Below, one piece after another: positions 13,010 to 25,944 of a stretch of 64,000 bases of DNA; positions within the stretch are counted from its first letter, which is position 1; each line of letters opens with the position of its first letter. A program made the position numbers and the translations under genes. The stretch is taken from positions 11,961,317 to 12,025,316 of the forward strand of contig JAUZTB010000118.1 of NCBI GenBank assembly GCA_034780895.1. Direction: 5' to 3'. The notes beneath the pieces are model-generated. The model worked only from the letters and a program-made list of their open reading frames with translations, was not told where the DNA came from and searched no databases. The stretch is from Rhynchobatus australiae (lineage: Eukaryota).

Positions 13010-13255
13010 AAACGGAATACATTATCAGTGGGTAATGAATCTTTGGAATTCTCTACCGAGGAGGATTGTGGAGATTCGGTTGTTGGTAAATTCAGGACCC
13101 AGATCAATAGACTTTTGGATAATAAGGAAAATGTGGTTATTGATGGAATGTGACGCTGAGATAAAAGATTAGCCATAAATTTACTGAATGGTGGAGCAGA
13201 CTCCAGAGAGTGAAGGACCTACTCCTGGTGGTTTTTCTCTGCTTTTATGTTCCTA
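13010..13255 (+). mobile_element. CR1 3' end
   Basis: WVMNLWNSLP (ORF 12948-13172) followed by the tail gaatggtggagcagactccagagagtgaaggacctactcct. Confidence 0.75.
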
Positions 13256-15214
13256 TGCTGTGTTTCAGTCACCATTGTACCATTCATTAGGAAAGTATCC
13301 CAGGATTACAACACAAATGCTACGTACCTCTACAGAATCGGATTTAAAGGGGCTGAATTTTTAAATCTGGGTTTATAGACATTGAATAATGTATTTTCTT
13401 TCAACTAGGTTTTTGCTGTGAAATATCAAAATGTAGATTAGCATTACAGGTGAAAATCATAAGCAGAAACATATTTGGACAGGAATTAAAAATAATTGAT
13501 TCAATATTTCATTGGTTTATTGGTAGTTACTGACTGGCAAACATATTATCATTGTGATCTTATCAATTTATTTTTGTTATTCATTTAGGGGATGTGGGAA
13601 TCCCTGGTAAAGCCAGGATTTACTGCCCATCTCAAACTGGTGCAGGTAAATGAGGGCAAAATTAAATGGCAAGTGTGGTACANNNNNNNNNNNNNNNNNN
13701 NNNNNNNNNNNNNNNNNNNNNNNNNNNNNNNNNNNNNNNNNNNNNNNNNNNNNNNNNNNNNNNNNNNNNNNNNNNNNNNNNNCGGCCTTCACCACAGTTT
13801 GCTCTGGACGCTGTTCCCCTTCAGGCTGACAATAGAACATCCATATATATGATGAATAAAACATTTGCTAAGGTGAGTATTTAGATATAGTGTTGCCAAA
13901 ACAACTTTCCATATCAAGAGCATGTAAGTTTGGGTGCAAATAACAGTAAATCACTTCAGATAATGCATATGATCAATATGCTATTATATTTGGGTCTGCC
14001 ATATTAGGAAGATGTATTATATGCTCCTGGCACTAAAAAGGGTGTTTCTAGGGGTGGGTGGAAAGCAGACAGACCACTGCCAAAGAGAATTTTCCCTCGG
14101 TCTGCTCAAGTTGTGGCAGGATGTCATGGTTACCCAGTGGAAAAGCTTCCCCAGGACATATTTGTTAGCAGTGAAAGACATGAAGAACATTACCATCAAT
14201 AAAACTACTAATAGAAATGTATTCCAAATTACTGATTTTTGAATGATTGAAATTGGTCTCTGATTACCCTATCTAGCAATTAAAATGATTATGGGTTTAC
14301 CTTATTTCTTCTACTTATTGCTTTAGACATATCTTCTCCTTACAGTGAACCTTACTCTGATCAGTACCCTCTTCACTGAAGAATGTGTTTTTTGTGGTCA
14401 CTTGACTAAGTATGGTACTGGGCTTTATAACTTCCAGCCAAATTGCTGGAGTTTTATACACCAATAACCCAGTGCAATGAAACAACACAGCACCAGCTTT
14501 CCCTTCGTACACCTAGCCCTGTTGCAAACCTTCAGAAGCTTTGAAGGACATTCCACTGAAATTAATGCAAAGAATATAAAGAAAGAACATGCTTTTCTGA
14601 AACAACACTTAGGTCCACAGACATTTCAAGTACCAATGAATTACCTCTGAAATATACTCATTGTTGGTTTGTTGTCAAGTATAACAACAAAGCTACACTC
14701 ACAAACAGACTAATGAGATGAATCACTTTGGTGTAGGATTTAGGACAGATCAAAACACTTCATCAAACAACAGTTTCTTCATGGTCTAACTGTATGACCA
14801 ACTCACATGTTTTGCCATTAATGTAAGACGTTTTCTCTATCTTGCCTGTTATTTTACTCTCCTGTGTGGTTAAGTTTTGTTATCCTCATGTTTTCTTTAA
14901 CCACTCCTGGTTCCTTACACTGGGTGGGTTTGGATGAGAATAGCTGACTATAAGGCCTTAGGAAGTGGAAGAAGCATCTATGCAGATGTCAGAATAAATG
15001 TTTGGGAGAACTGATGAAAGACTGAATCAAAATTGTATCACAGTGTACTTGAAAAGAATTCTGAAAATGAGAAAGCTGACCATAATAAGTGTATAAGTGA
15101 GTAATTAATTATAAAACAAAATACTTGGAAGTGCTTCCAGACATCATGTGCTTATTAGTGCAATGCTTATGTTCATGACCGAAGAATATGAAGCAATTGA
15201 ATGAGAAAGAAGAA

Positions 15215-15515
15215 AATGGGAGACTTGCACTTACGTAGTGCCTCCCAAAATTCTACAGCCAATTACTTGCAAAGTAGGAAATAAGGAAGTCCATTATTGT
15301 GCTACATTCTCCCAAAATTAGGAAATGCGTTAATGACCAAATGGTATGTTTCATGATGTTAATTGAGCAATATATATTGTCTAAGACAACTCCCTGCTTA
15401 AGATCATGTCACTGGACTGTTAACATCCACTGGAGAAAGCAAACAGAGCCACAGTTTATTGCCTGATCTCAAAGGCAGCACCTCTGACTTTGCAGTACTC
15501 CTTCAATCTGGAGTG
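15215..15515 (-). mobile_element. Deu-core (SacSINE1/AmnSINE-like) SINE relic
   Basis: aactccctgct...aacatccactggagaaagcaaacagagccacagtttatt...tctcaaaggcagcacctctgactttgcagtactcc is the reverse of the Deu domain; related relics lie at ~14580-14760 and 23710-23930. Confidence 0.55.
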
Positions 15516-15659
15516 AACTTTTCACATGACCACATAGCAATCCACAAATCACTGGTGCGGCTGCTGTGAATTCTGTTCTAGTCTCATTCGGGAATTTTCT
15601 GTAGCTGGCGTGCTCTACTATTTTTTGTTGTTAATTAAAACCAGCTTCTTTTAGAATTT

Positions 15660-15865
15660 TCAGATGCCCTCAGGTGTTTGAACTGCTCTATAAAATGCAT
15701 TGACATTTTGTGATGATTTTCCAGCCACGTCAGCAACACTTAATGGTGGCTGGGTTGGATTTTCGTGGGCTAGGAGCACATTTTCCAATCTTTTGAAATG
15801 TTCCATAAGTGCACATAAGTATCCTGCCGAGAATTCAGGTTTCTGCATGTGCCTGTCAAACTGGC
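15660..15865 (-). CDS. Candidate coding exon, unidentified product
   Basis: Acceptor ttattttttgtttttcacaaactttag|GC, then an open phase-1 frame QFDRHMQKPEFSAGYLCALMEHFKRLENVLL...VQTPEGI*; non-repetitive context; no homology recognised. Confidence 0.3.
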
Positions 15866-16589
15866 CTAAAGTTTGTGAAAAACAAAAAATAAGTTATTTA
15901 CATAACTCAAATGGTTCAATCTCAGCAACTGAGAGAATGGATTGGCAGCTTTTTGTGCCAAACCCTGATTGAAGGGCTTACGTTTCCACCAGGGTGAAAG
16001 TCTTTCCAGTGGAGAAAGTCTTCTGTGGTGGTGGATAATTTTGTGGATGTTGTTGGGCAACATTTCACTCTGCCCCCCCCCTCCCCTTGGTGCCACTGGA
16101 AAGAAATCTTCCTCACATTGATATATGCAGCTCCCACTATGAAATGAAGGCTGCAACTGGGGGTCAATATTCTGCAACCTAGATACTCAAAGAAAAATAA
16201 TGAGCATTTCTGGCAGTTTTCCTAATGCTTGGAGGAGCTAAGGTTTGACTTGGCAAAGCTATGAGAGAGCTTGGCAGCAGGAAGCAAAAAGATTACTGAC
16301 TGTCCCTTAGAGTATACTAATAGAAGAATAAAGTGGTCACAGAACGAGTTTCAGGCATTTTTTTTCATTTAAAANNNNNNNNNNNNNNNNNNNNNNNNNN
16401 NNNNNNNNNNNNNNNNNNNNNNNNNNNNNNNNNNNNNNNNNNNNNNNNNNNNNNNNNNNNNNNNNNNNNNNNNNNNNNNNNNNNNNNNNNNNNNNNNNNN
16501 NNNNNNNNNNNNNNNNNNNNNNNNNNNNNNNNNNNNNNNNNNNNNNNNNNNNNNNNNNNNNNNNNNNNNNNNNNNNNNNNNNNNNNNNA

Positions 16590-16920
16590 GAGAATCATTG
16601 AGCGATACAGCAGGTAAACAGGCCCTTCAGCAAACCAGCCTGTGCTGACCATCAAGCACTCATTTTCACTGATCCCATTTTATTCTCGAAACATTCCATT
16701 CGACTCCTCCTGGATTCTACCTCTCACCTACAGACATGGGACAATTTGCAGTGGCCAATTAACCTGCAAGTCGTTGGGACGTGGGAGGAAACCAGAGGAA
16801 ACACTCCTCTTCACAGGGAGAACCTGCAAACTCCATACAGGTAGTGCCGGATGTCAGGATTGAAACTGAGTTGCAGCAGCTGTGAGCCAGCAGCTCTCCT
16901 AGCCACACCACCGTGCTGTC
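16590..16920 (-). mobile_element. HE1-like V-SINE (family A)
   Basis: gtgggaggaaaccagag...cacagggagaacctgcaaactccatacag...ccacaccaccgtgctg is the reverse of the head and V core. Confidence 0.85.
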
Positions 16921-16945
16921 CTGTTTCCTGAAGATAAAAGAAAAT

Positions 16946-17770
16946 GGCCTAGAAATTCTACTGCATGAAGTGGCAATGCAGAGAGATTCTGCATCAGTAG
17001 CTTCCAGGATTGCAAAGGAGCAATTTTTTTTATCTGCAGTCATGCATGCTAAGCAGTAAAGTTTCAGAACTTTCAGATCACGTACATACTGGTAACTGCT
17101 GAAACTTCAAGTGTCACGCAAGGAACAGCAATTGTGCCCTCATAACAGAAGCTCTTATAGAAGCAGTTCACAACAATTGTTCTGTACAGATGGTCCATCA
17201 CTGGGACTGACACAAAAAGCAGAGAAGTGAGCTTTGCACACCTCCTGTGGCTGATACAATATCATATCAGTGGTGGACATTGTGGGAGGGATCAAAGGGG
17301 TAAGGGCCTCACCCCTACATAAACTAAAAGAGGCATCCAATCCATCAGGGGACATTCCAACATTCCATGGTCATTTACTGTGGCAGACAAAAGTGCTTCA
17401 TTTAAGGACTTGCTGTCCAACTCACAAGTGAGCAAATGTCCATCCTTCTGTTCAGACTACATTTCTAGTCAATACCCAGGTTGCTTCTTCACCACATGTG
17501 CATGTTGACCAATGTCAAATACGTGTTGCATGCCAACTGATGCCACCACTGTGTACCCAGTGGCTTCTGTGCATGGATATGTCACACACATGGAAGGCAG
17601 AATTTACATTTCATGTTCTGCACCGTGCACTCTCATGAGTGAGACACAGTTGATCTGAACTTCTGTTGCATCCCTCAGTAGATAAAAACCTGCCTCATGC
17701 CATTGAATTTCTCAGCTAATATCTGGACTTAATGTCAGTGCTCCTTTAAAGGTGAAAGATAGATTAATTT
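16946..17770. mobile_element. Probable Harbinger-type DNA transposon relic
   Basis: Starts ggcctagaaattcta, the same terminal motif that bounds 46550-48097 and 29499-31185; interior not recognisably coding. Confidence 0.3.
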
Positions 17771-18379
17771 TTTGCATGTGACCTCCTTTAGAATTAAACA
17801 GAAGGGGTGCGATGTAGGCAAACTATTCTAAACAAAAATAGTGCCACAATGGAGCAGTGATTGGGCAAAGTGCAAAGCTGGCTGTGGGTTTACTTCCATC
17901 TGCTTTGTATCACAGCCCAGAGGAAATACATCCCCAAGATTCCCTGCTTCCTTAACCATTCTCAGATTTTTCTTTAATTTGACTTTGTACATCTGCAAAA
18001 GCCTTGTTTATTTGATGACCTCAATGATTACCCACAGTCTAATAACTAGCCAAAGATCTTCACAGTTTAAAGAGAAATTTGCAATTTTTGTATTACATTA
18101 TAAATCCTTCCTGTAATGAAGTGCATTTTTGTTGAATTTGATGAATTTCTACATTTTGTTGAATTCTTCTATGTACACATTACAGGCAGAAGTACAGTGT
18201 TGTGCCTTTCAGTACCATAGTTCCATCATAAAACTATAAACTTTGTGGTTCATAGACATGTAGAACTGAATTGTTATGGACCAAATGTTGGTGAGGGTTT
18301 TCTTACAAACATTGGATAGTATGGTACAATGGTACAACCTTTGAAGAGGTACAGAGCCTCAACTTCTACCATGCACTCA

Positions 18380-19560
18380 TAGAATCATAGGATTCTATGG
18401 CACATTCAGTCCATGATGCCGGAGCCAGTTAAACATCGTTCCCCTGCTTCTCAGCTCTTGGTCCATTGCTTTGTTGATTACAGCTCTTCAAGTGTTCACC
18501 TATATGCTTTTTAAATGTGATCAGGGTCCCTTCCTCCAGCCTTTCAGAAAAGAAGTTCCAAACCTACAGCACCATATGGATGGAAAAGTTTTTCCTTAAA
18601 TCTGTAATCCTTCAATTTACATTAATTTTCCCTTGTTGACAGCCACTTTACAAAGGGATATAGGTTCAACCTATCTAGATTTTGCATGATTTTATATACC
18701 ACAGTTAAATCTCTTCTCAGCTTTCTTTGTCCCAAAGAAAACCACCCTGGACTAGAAGGTCTAAGCATGTAACTATCTTTCTCCAAACCTGGCAACAACA
18801 TTGTAAATCTCCTCTGCACTCTCTCTCTCTAAAGCAATCACATCCCTCCTGTGGTTGGTGAGCAGAACTGTATTTAGCATTTCAGTTGTGAAACGACATT
18901 TATTTTAGCTACCATTTTCAATTGATATACCCGTAGAAGCTCTCAATGTCTGTTTTTATATTATTTGCTAGTTTATTTGCATTCATCTCATTTTCCAACT
19001 TAACCACCTTACCTACCTGTCCCTCCAACTTCAGGAATTCATGGGCATGCATTCCACGATCTTTCTGTCCTCTACACTTTTAACATTTATTGTGAGTTCT
19101 GTCACCTCCTTTGCCCTCCTCAAATACATTATCTCACACATCATCAGACTGAGTACCATTTGCCATGTTTGTGTCCATCTAAGCATTGAGTCCATTTTGT
19201 GTCCACTGATAGTTTCCTCTTGTTTTNNNNNNNNNNNNNNNNNNNNNNNNNNNNNNNNNNNNNNNNNNNNNNNNNNNNNNNNNNNNNNNNNNNNNNNNNN
19301 NNNNNNNNNNNNNNNNNNNNNNNNNNTTTGAACTTCCTTGCCCACTATTAAGTTTGGTGTAATTGGCAAAATTCTTAATCGTGCCTCTTACATTTAGTTC
19401 CAAGTCATTAATAACCTCCTCAAAACATTCAATTGTAAGACAGAGATGGCCTTGCCTTAATAAATCCATGTTGACAGCCTTGGGTTAATGTATCCTTCTA
19501 TAAATTCTGATTTATTGTGTCCCTTAGAAATTCCAGTAACTTGCCCACCACTGTTGAGGC
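18380..19560 (-). mobile_element. CR1 LINE fragment
   Basis: ORFs VQRRFTMLLPGL..FSLGQRKLRRDLTVVYKIM (18622-18819) and INDLELNVRGTIKNFANYTKL (degenerate FADDTK, 19179-19469). Confidence 0.85.
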
Positions 19561-19939
19561 CTTAATTACTCAGTCTCCTTTTCTTTAAAGAATGGCTACA
19601 GAATTTTACAGTGCAAATATTGGAACCAATTTTTCGTATTTCCCAAGGATAATCTTTTAACTTTGCCCTGACATGCCTAAACCTTTCCCTGAAGCATGGT
19701 TTTTCAATTAGGTATGTTCCTTCCTGAGAGTGATTTCAGTGTGGATCAGTGGCAGCATAAGCAAAAGATTTTTATGTCTTTGGTTAATACTTAGTCTTCT
19801 ACAATGGCATATCTCCTGTTCTGCAGTGTGCTCTATGTAGTTCTTTGTGTTGTAACATGTACAATCATCAGATTCATCGGACAGGGAGAGTTTGTGAGCA
19901 TGTTCCTAGAGGTACATGGGCCTAAATCAAGGGAATTTT

Positions 19940-20775
19940 TGATTCCTGGGACGAAAGGGTTGTCTTTGGGGCAAAAATTGAACGGATTGAGCCCATACTC
20001 ATTGGCATTTTGAAGAATCAGAGATGATTTTGCTGTAACAGAATTGTAGAGTTATAGACAGACATGGCACAAAACAAGCCCTTCGGCCTACTGAATTGGT
20101 GCTGCCCATCGAGAGCCTGTTTTCACGATAATCCTACCCTTAGCCATTTTATTCTCCCCACAATCCCATTGGCTCCAACCAGATTCTACCACTCACCTGC
20201 ACACTGGGGGGAGTTTTAACTGTGGCCTATTAACTTACCAATCTACAAATTCTTTTGGGAGGTTTGAGGAAACTGGAGCACCTGGAGGACACCCACATGG
20301 TCACAGGGAGTATGTGCAAACTCCACACTGACAACATCAAGGGTAAGGATTGAACTTGGGTCCCTGGTGCTGTGAGGCAGCAGCTCAAACAGTTGTGCCA
20401 CTGTGCCACCTGTCAGATAAGGTAGTTCGGTGGCATAAAAGAGTCATTACTGTAAGGGTGTTTTCTCCAGTAGGTCAATCTTGAATTAAAGGGCATAGTC
20501 TCAGGATAAAGTGTCACTCATTTAGGAGATGAAGGAGAAACTCCTCAGAGTTGCGAATATTTGGAATTCCCTCCTTTGATAGCTATAGGGGCTGAATTAT
20601 TGAATATACTCAAGGCTGAATACAAATATATTTTTAGGCTGTGGGAGAATCATGGATTATGGAGATTGGCATTAAATTTTGAGGTTAACAGATTACCCAC
20701 TATTTTTTTAATGTGACAGTGCAGGTTTGAGTTTCTGTATGGCCTTCTCCTGCTCTTATTTCATATGTTTTTATG
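19940..20775 (+). mobile_element. CR1 3' region interrupted by a V-SINE
   Basis: LIPGTKGLS...YSLAF (19804-20013) resumes after 20420 with ggcatagtctcaggataaag...tggaattccctcc and the CR1 tail. Confidence 0.75.
20045..20410 (-). mobile_element. HE1-like V-SINE (family A) nested in CR1
   Basis: gaggaaactggagcacctggaggacacccacatggtcacagggagtatgtgcaaactccacac...tgtgaggcagcagctc...tgtgccactgtgcc. Confidence 0.9.
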
Positions 20776-22357
20776 CTCAGAAATTCATTTGATTGGTCTC
20801 ACAGACAAGAGAGAAAATTATGGAGTTTGGAAAAGCAAAGACTGAATCTCCACATTGTGTGCGAAAGCAAGTAGATAATATTTGACGGATATTGGTGTAT
20901 AATCAGAAAGAAGCATGGATCTCACCCTATACTTAGATGTCATCCTTGAGCTGGACTTGTGGAGGTTAGAGTAAAAACAGTGAAAACAAATGCCATCTTG
21001 TTTTACATCTTCTCTGCTTCAGCTAAGCCACATTGTCCATGTTTTTGCTGCTTTGTTGGGAAGAAATAACACTTTACGTGCAGATATTTTAGTTGTTCTT
21101 CATTGGACGGTAGAGGTAAACCCTAAATACCGATATAGTTAGGCTTTTATTAAATTAGGATTCATGGATAAACAGCTGTTGCTACCAGAGCATGGTATGG
21201 CATATGACTGGAAATGCATGTGGCTATTATGCGATATACACCAGTTTAACCCAGTGAGATGCCATCCTTACTGAAGGGAATGCAACATCTCCACCTTGGA
21301 TTATAGAAAATAAAGTCATTTCAACTCCAAGTCATTAAAGCTCAGTCATACCTAGTTTTAGATAACATAGAACACAGAAGCAAAAAAGTATCATTCCATT
21401 ACACAAAATTTGTCCAACGCGTAAAGACCCTGAAATTCAATTTACAGTCAGGTGTTGAACTGTGGATTTGGTGCAACCTATCAGTTTGTTCCTGACACCT
21501 GTTAGCAATTGGAAAATACAACGCTACCCATATGGCTGGAACGGTAACAGCATACATCCTTTAAAGAAGTTCAAAATGATTAATTGGGACATTGAATAAC
21601 AAACTCGTCAAGGTTTTCCACATCTGCTCTCGCCAGGTCGTGGTTTTCTGCCCACTAGTTAATGGGCAGGAAATCATCCATTGGCAAACTGAGTGGAAAA
21701 CCATGGTCATCAGCTGTGGCAGGCACCAGAGTTTTCCAAAAAAGTGCTCAGATTCCATTTTCAGGGTAGACCAGCTTTAAAATGANNNNNNNNNNNNNNN
21801 NNNNNNNNNNNNNNNNNNNNNNGTAGATCTAGGGTGAGGAAGGGTTGGTAACAAACAGCAAGACTTTGCTTTATTCACACATCTGGGCATTGATGATAAG
21901 GCCAGCATTTAATGCCCATTCATAATTATCCTTGTGAGCAGGTGATGAGCTACCTTGATGGACTGGTGCAATCCTTGTGGTGAAAGTATCCCCAGATTGC
22001 TGATGACTAAGAAGTTCTGGAGCTTGTAGGTGTTCACATACACCTGCTGCTCTTACCTTCCTGGTGATTCAGGTTGTGGGTTGGGAAGGAGCAGATTTAG
22101 AAACCTTGGCAAGTTGCAGCAGTGCATCTTATAGATTGTATGGATTGCAATCCTGGAGCTGTGCTGGTAGAGAAAGTGAAGGCAGAACCTTATCCTTTGT
22201 CAACAATAGTAAGTGTGCTAGACCTCAGAAATTGATTCCAAACGAACTGCAACTCAGAGGCAGTATAGAACGCACAGATATGCCTGACCAGGGATGGATT
22301 TCTAGGCAAGCCCATCTTGGCTGAGCCTAATGTAATGTGAAGGTATGATATCTTCCT

Positions 22358-22645
22358 GGCTCGGTAGTGTAGCGGTTAGCGTAACGCTTTACAGTGCCAG
22401 CAACCCGGGTTCAAATTGGCCAGTGTCTGTAAGGAGTTTGTACATTCTCCCTGTGTCTGCGTCGGTTTCCTCTGGGTGCTCCAGTTTCCTCCCATGTTCC
22501 AAAGGCGTACAGGTTAGGAAGTTGTGGGCGTGCTATGTTGCCACTAGAAGCATGGTGACACATGCGGGCTGCCCCCAGAACACTAAGCAAAAAGATGTAT
22601 TTCACTGTGTGTTTCGATGACATGTGACTAATAAAGAGATCTTAT
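22358..22645 (+). mobile_element. V-SINE family B, full length
   Basis: tRNA A/B boxes (gtagtgtagcggttagc; gggttcaaatt), V core, tail tttcactgtgtgtttcgatgacatgtgactaataaagagatctta. Confidence 0.9.
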
Positions 22646-23054
22646 CATGTAGGCCAGCAGATAACAGCTCAGTGGATCTGTGACTATATTGACTAATAGA
22701 AAGGCAAGGTGTTTGTATCAAGAAGAAAATGTAGAAACCTTGGTAATTTGGCTTTCTCTGAGCTTTCAAAGCTCTGGGTCAAATTGACCATCTTCAGTCA
22801 GGTTGTACTTTCTTTTTCTGGAATAAGAGGAATAAGGATATTGATTTTTAATGAAATACCTCATTTTTGTTTTCAATCATGGGATTTTTAATTTGTTTCA
22901 TTTTTATCCAAGAGCATCTCTTGCTATTCTCCCCATGAGTTACTAGATGCATTGAGAGAGTCACGGACTAGGATTTGGCGCACATTTCAAAACATTTCAT
23001 GAACAAGAGGACCTAGTTAGAAAATGAGAAACCAGCCATTGAGTGCTGAGGTGC

Positions 23055-23295
23055 ACAGGAATTTCTTCTCTCAGAGAGTAGTGAATCTCTGAATATTCTG
23101 CCCCCAAGGATGGTGGAGGCCAGATTGTTGGATATATTTAAGGTGGGGATAGATAAATATTTAAAAGATCGAAGAACTGGGGGACTGGCACAGGAGGAGT
23201 TGAGGCCAGTATAGATCAGCCATGATTATATTGAAGGGTGGGGCAGGCCCGAGGGGCTAAATGGCCTACTCCTGCTCCTATTTTCTTGTGTTCAC
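23055..23295 (+). mobile_element. CR1 3' end
   Basis: ggaatttcttctctcagagagtagtgaatctctg...atggcctactcctgctcctattttcttgtgttc. Confidence 0.8.
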
Positions 23296-24259
23296 TGCAA
23301 CAATTTGCCAACCCACAACCTCAGTCACCAGGAAGGGCAACAGGTGGATGTGAGCACCCTCAAATTCCCTCCCAAGTTGTGTTTTATCCTATCTTGAAAA
23401 TACATGATCATTCCTTCATTATTGCTGGTTTATAATCCTAGAATATGTTGGTTGTTAGCAAACTAGGGGTAATTTGATCACATCCAAATATACTTATTTG
23501 TCTTTGTTGAGTTGTGCAGGTTTGCAATGCAGGCTGCAACAGTGAGATGGTGGGTCAAGTGATGTCTATAGGAATGCTGATACTCCTGGTATCTGAGCCA
23601 CTTTCATTATGAGTAACAGTTCAGTATGTGGGCACAGCTCATCATCATCATAATTATTCATATATACCATTGCAGTATTTTGAGATATTTAATGTAAATG
23701 AGAAATTATAAAAAGACCTGTATTTTTGTGGTAACTTTTAAGATTTCAAGATATTCAGAGGGCTTGACAATTAACTTTGGAAATGTTATCACCCCGGCAT
23801 CAGAGGCAAATGGAACCAATTTACTCATCCCTTACAAACAGCAATGAGAGGACCAATCATTTAATGTTGGCCAGGGCACCAGGAGAATTCTCCTGCTCGT
23901 TATATTTGAAGCATGGGATCTTTTGACAGATTTATTTTCTCTAGTGACACTGTTACCATGGCAGTCCGTTGATTTTAATTTCCATTGGTGCAACATGAGG
24001 AAATCAGCTTGCTCAATGGGAAGTCCACCTTCCAAAGAAGTTTAAACTGTCTCCCTTCGTTCACGTAAACAGTCCAGAGAATTATCTTGAAAGTTCTGCT
24101 GAGCTTACTGCCATGAGTGATAGTGGGGGTGGGGCATATTTTTAGTGATGCTATTTCAGAAATTAATAGTCTGCTCTGACGAGACATGGAGTTGAAATGG
24201 GAACAAGATACACTTGAGGTGGAGCGGGGGTTATTCTTTGTCTAGTTTTTTTTTCAATA

Positions 24260-25220
24260 TCTGCTCGATTTTATTTTAGCCCAGACCCCACGCTTCTTCA
24301 GGGCGCAATTAGCTCTTGAGTTTGTGTTCAAGATGACTCCTAGTGTTATCCCCCTTTCATTATTTCGCCACAATTCGCCGATTTGGTTTTTGCCCGCGTA
24401 GTTTACTAAATAAACTCGGACTGAGCTGCCAGACCTGCTTCAGACACTCACTCAGTCGTCAAATGAAAAGGTCAGCAAGTGAAAATATCCCAATGGTTCC
24501 CATATGTTCAGGCTAGTTGCGTAACCGAAGCAACATAGCCCAAAAAGAACAAAGATGGTGCAGCCAAGTTAGGAAGAGAAATGTGTAAATTAATATTGTG
24601 CTGGTAAGTGGGAGAGGGAGGTGCAGGATAAACTGCGGTACAACTCCGGCATTAAATATGTTTGTCAGTCAACTGCGAAGAAAAAAAAAACTTGTCATTA
24701 CTACTTTCCCTCCGTCTCTGCTTTTCCGCAGAACTAACTCGGCATCATAATCTGTAATCGCCAGAGGATAGAAGTGGGGGGGGTGGGGGTAAAACTGGTT
24801 CGGCCAAATTCTCAGCCGTNNNNNNNNNNNNNNNNNNNNNNNNNNNNNNNNNNNNNNNNNNNNNNNNNNNNNNNNNNNNNNNNNNNNNNNNNNNNNNNNN
24901 NNNNNNNNNNNNNNNNNNNGGGGCGGGGGGGGGAAAACGGGGTCGGCCAAAGTCTCAGCCGTGCTATTCCGTCACTGGCTGGCAGGAGGTGCAGTTGAAG
25001 CAGAATTATTTCTTCCTCTTCATCATCCTCCCTCCCCACCCCGACATATATCGCGTCCCAAGAGGCGCTTCACCTCGCAGCTTGGCTGAAATGTGTTGAA
25101 ACATATGCCAAGTACAGTATGCAGTTGCAAGGGACACGCAGTCCTCGGACTGTGCGTGTCAATTACAGGTCAGTTTCATAACAGCTCGAATCACCAGTGT
25201 TCTCTGCGTGCTAGGGCTCA
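24260..25220. promoter_or_regulatory. CpG-enriched, repeat-free segment; candidate promoter or enhancer
   Basis: Visibly more CG dinucleotides than the flanks, G-runs and a GC-box-like ggggcgggg (24920-24928); splice-donor consensus on both strands (gtgagt on - at ~24446-24451; ctg|gtaagt on + at 24604). Confidence 0.4.
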
Positions 25221-25714
25221 GTTGAAAGCGAGAATGTCAGGCAATTCATTGCTGCAATAACATTTATATAACTTCCACATAAAAAATAAGAAACTTACTA
25301 ACATTGGAATAATTAGGGAAATTAAAACTAGGTTGCAGTGCCCAATAATGTGGGCATTCTTCCATCTATTTAAACAAAGGTCCTGCAATAGGTTGATATA
25401 GTTGTGTCCTGTTTTAATGCTTCTTCTGAATTTGGTCCTTCCAAGTGGTAGAGAGAAAAAAAACAAGTTGCAGCTCCAGCTCCTGCTTTTGCGATTCAGA
25501 TAAGAGAAGGTTAGGGTTCATTTCTTCGCTCTCCTGCTTTCTGCCTTTCTCTCCTGGCTCCCATCAGAAGACGGCATTGGCAACCTGCCAGTAACTAGGA
25601 TCAGTGGGTCGAGCAACAGAAGTTCAGGTCTTTGTTGAGAAGGCTGGTTTAAAAAAAATGCATTCGGGAATTTGGGATCTTTAAAATGAGACCACAGAAC
25701 ATAAAAACTAGAGT

Positions 25715-25935
25715 GTTGTTCTAAACATTAGTTTGGCCCCAACTGGAGTATTCTGGGCCATGCTTCAGGAAAAAGGTTGGGGCCTTAGTAAGGGTGTAGG
25801 AGAGATTTATAGAGTGGCATCAGGGTTTTAAGGTCAGTTATGTGCAAAGGCCAGAGAAAACTGAGGTTGCTCTCAGAGCAGAGGAGGTTAAGGGGTGCGG
25901 GGGAGAGTGGATTTAATAGAGCTGCTCAAATTCAT
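25715..25935 (+). mobile_element. CR1 fragment
   Basis: ttagtttggccccaactggagtat (LVWPQLEY, cf. LVRPHLEY) and gtgtaggagagattta. Confidence 0.65.
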
Positions 25936-25944
25936 GAAAATAGA

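Noticed and set aside
22358-22430. tRNA-like sequences at SINE heads
   Set aside because: A/B boxes only; they continue into SINE bodies with no acceptor stem or terminator, so they are not tRNA genes.
24440-24570. Minus-strand frame ending in TGA right at a splice donor (possible selenocysteine codon)
   Set aside because: The frame has a TAA immediately upstream, no start codon or acceptor, and I saw no SECIS element.
24772-24962. Apparent ~45-bp direct repeat around a gap (ggggtaaaactggttcggccaaattctcagccgt / gggggaaaacggggtcggccaaagtctcagccgt)
   Set aside because: It flanks a 100-N gap next to a G-run; most likely overlapping contig ends with sequencing errors.
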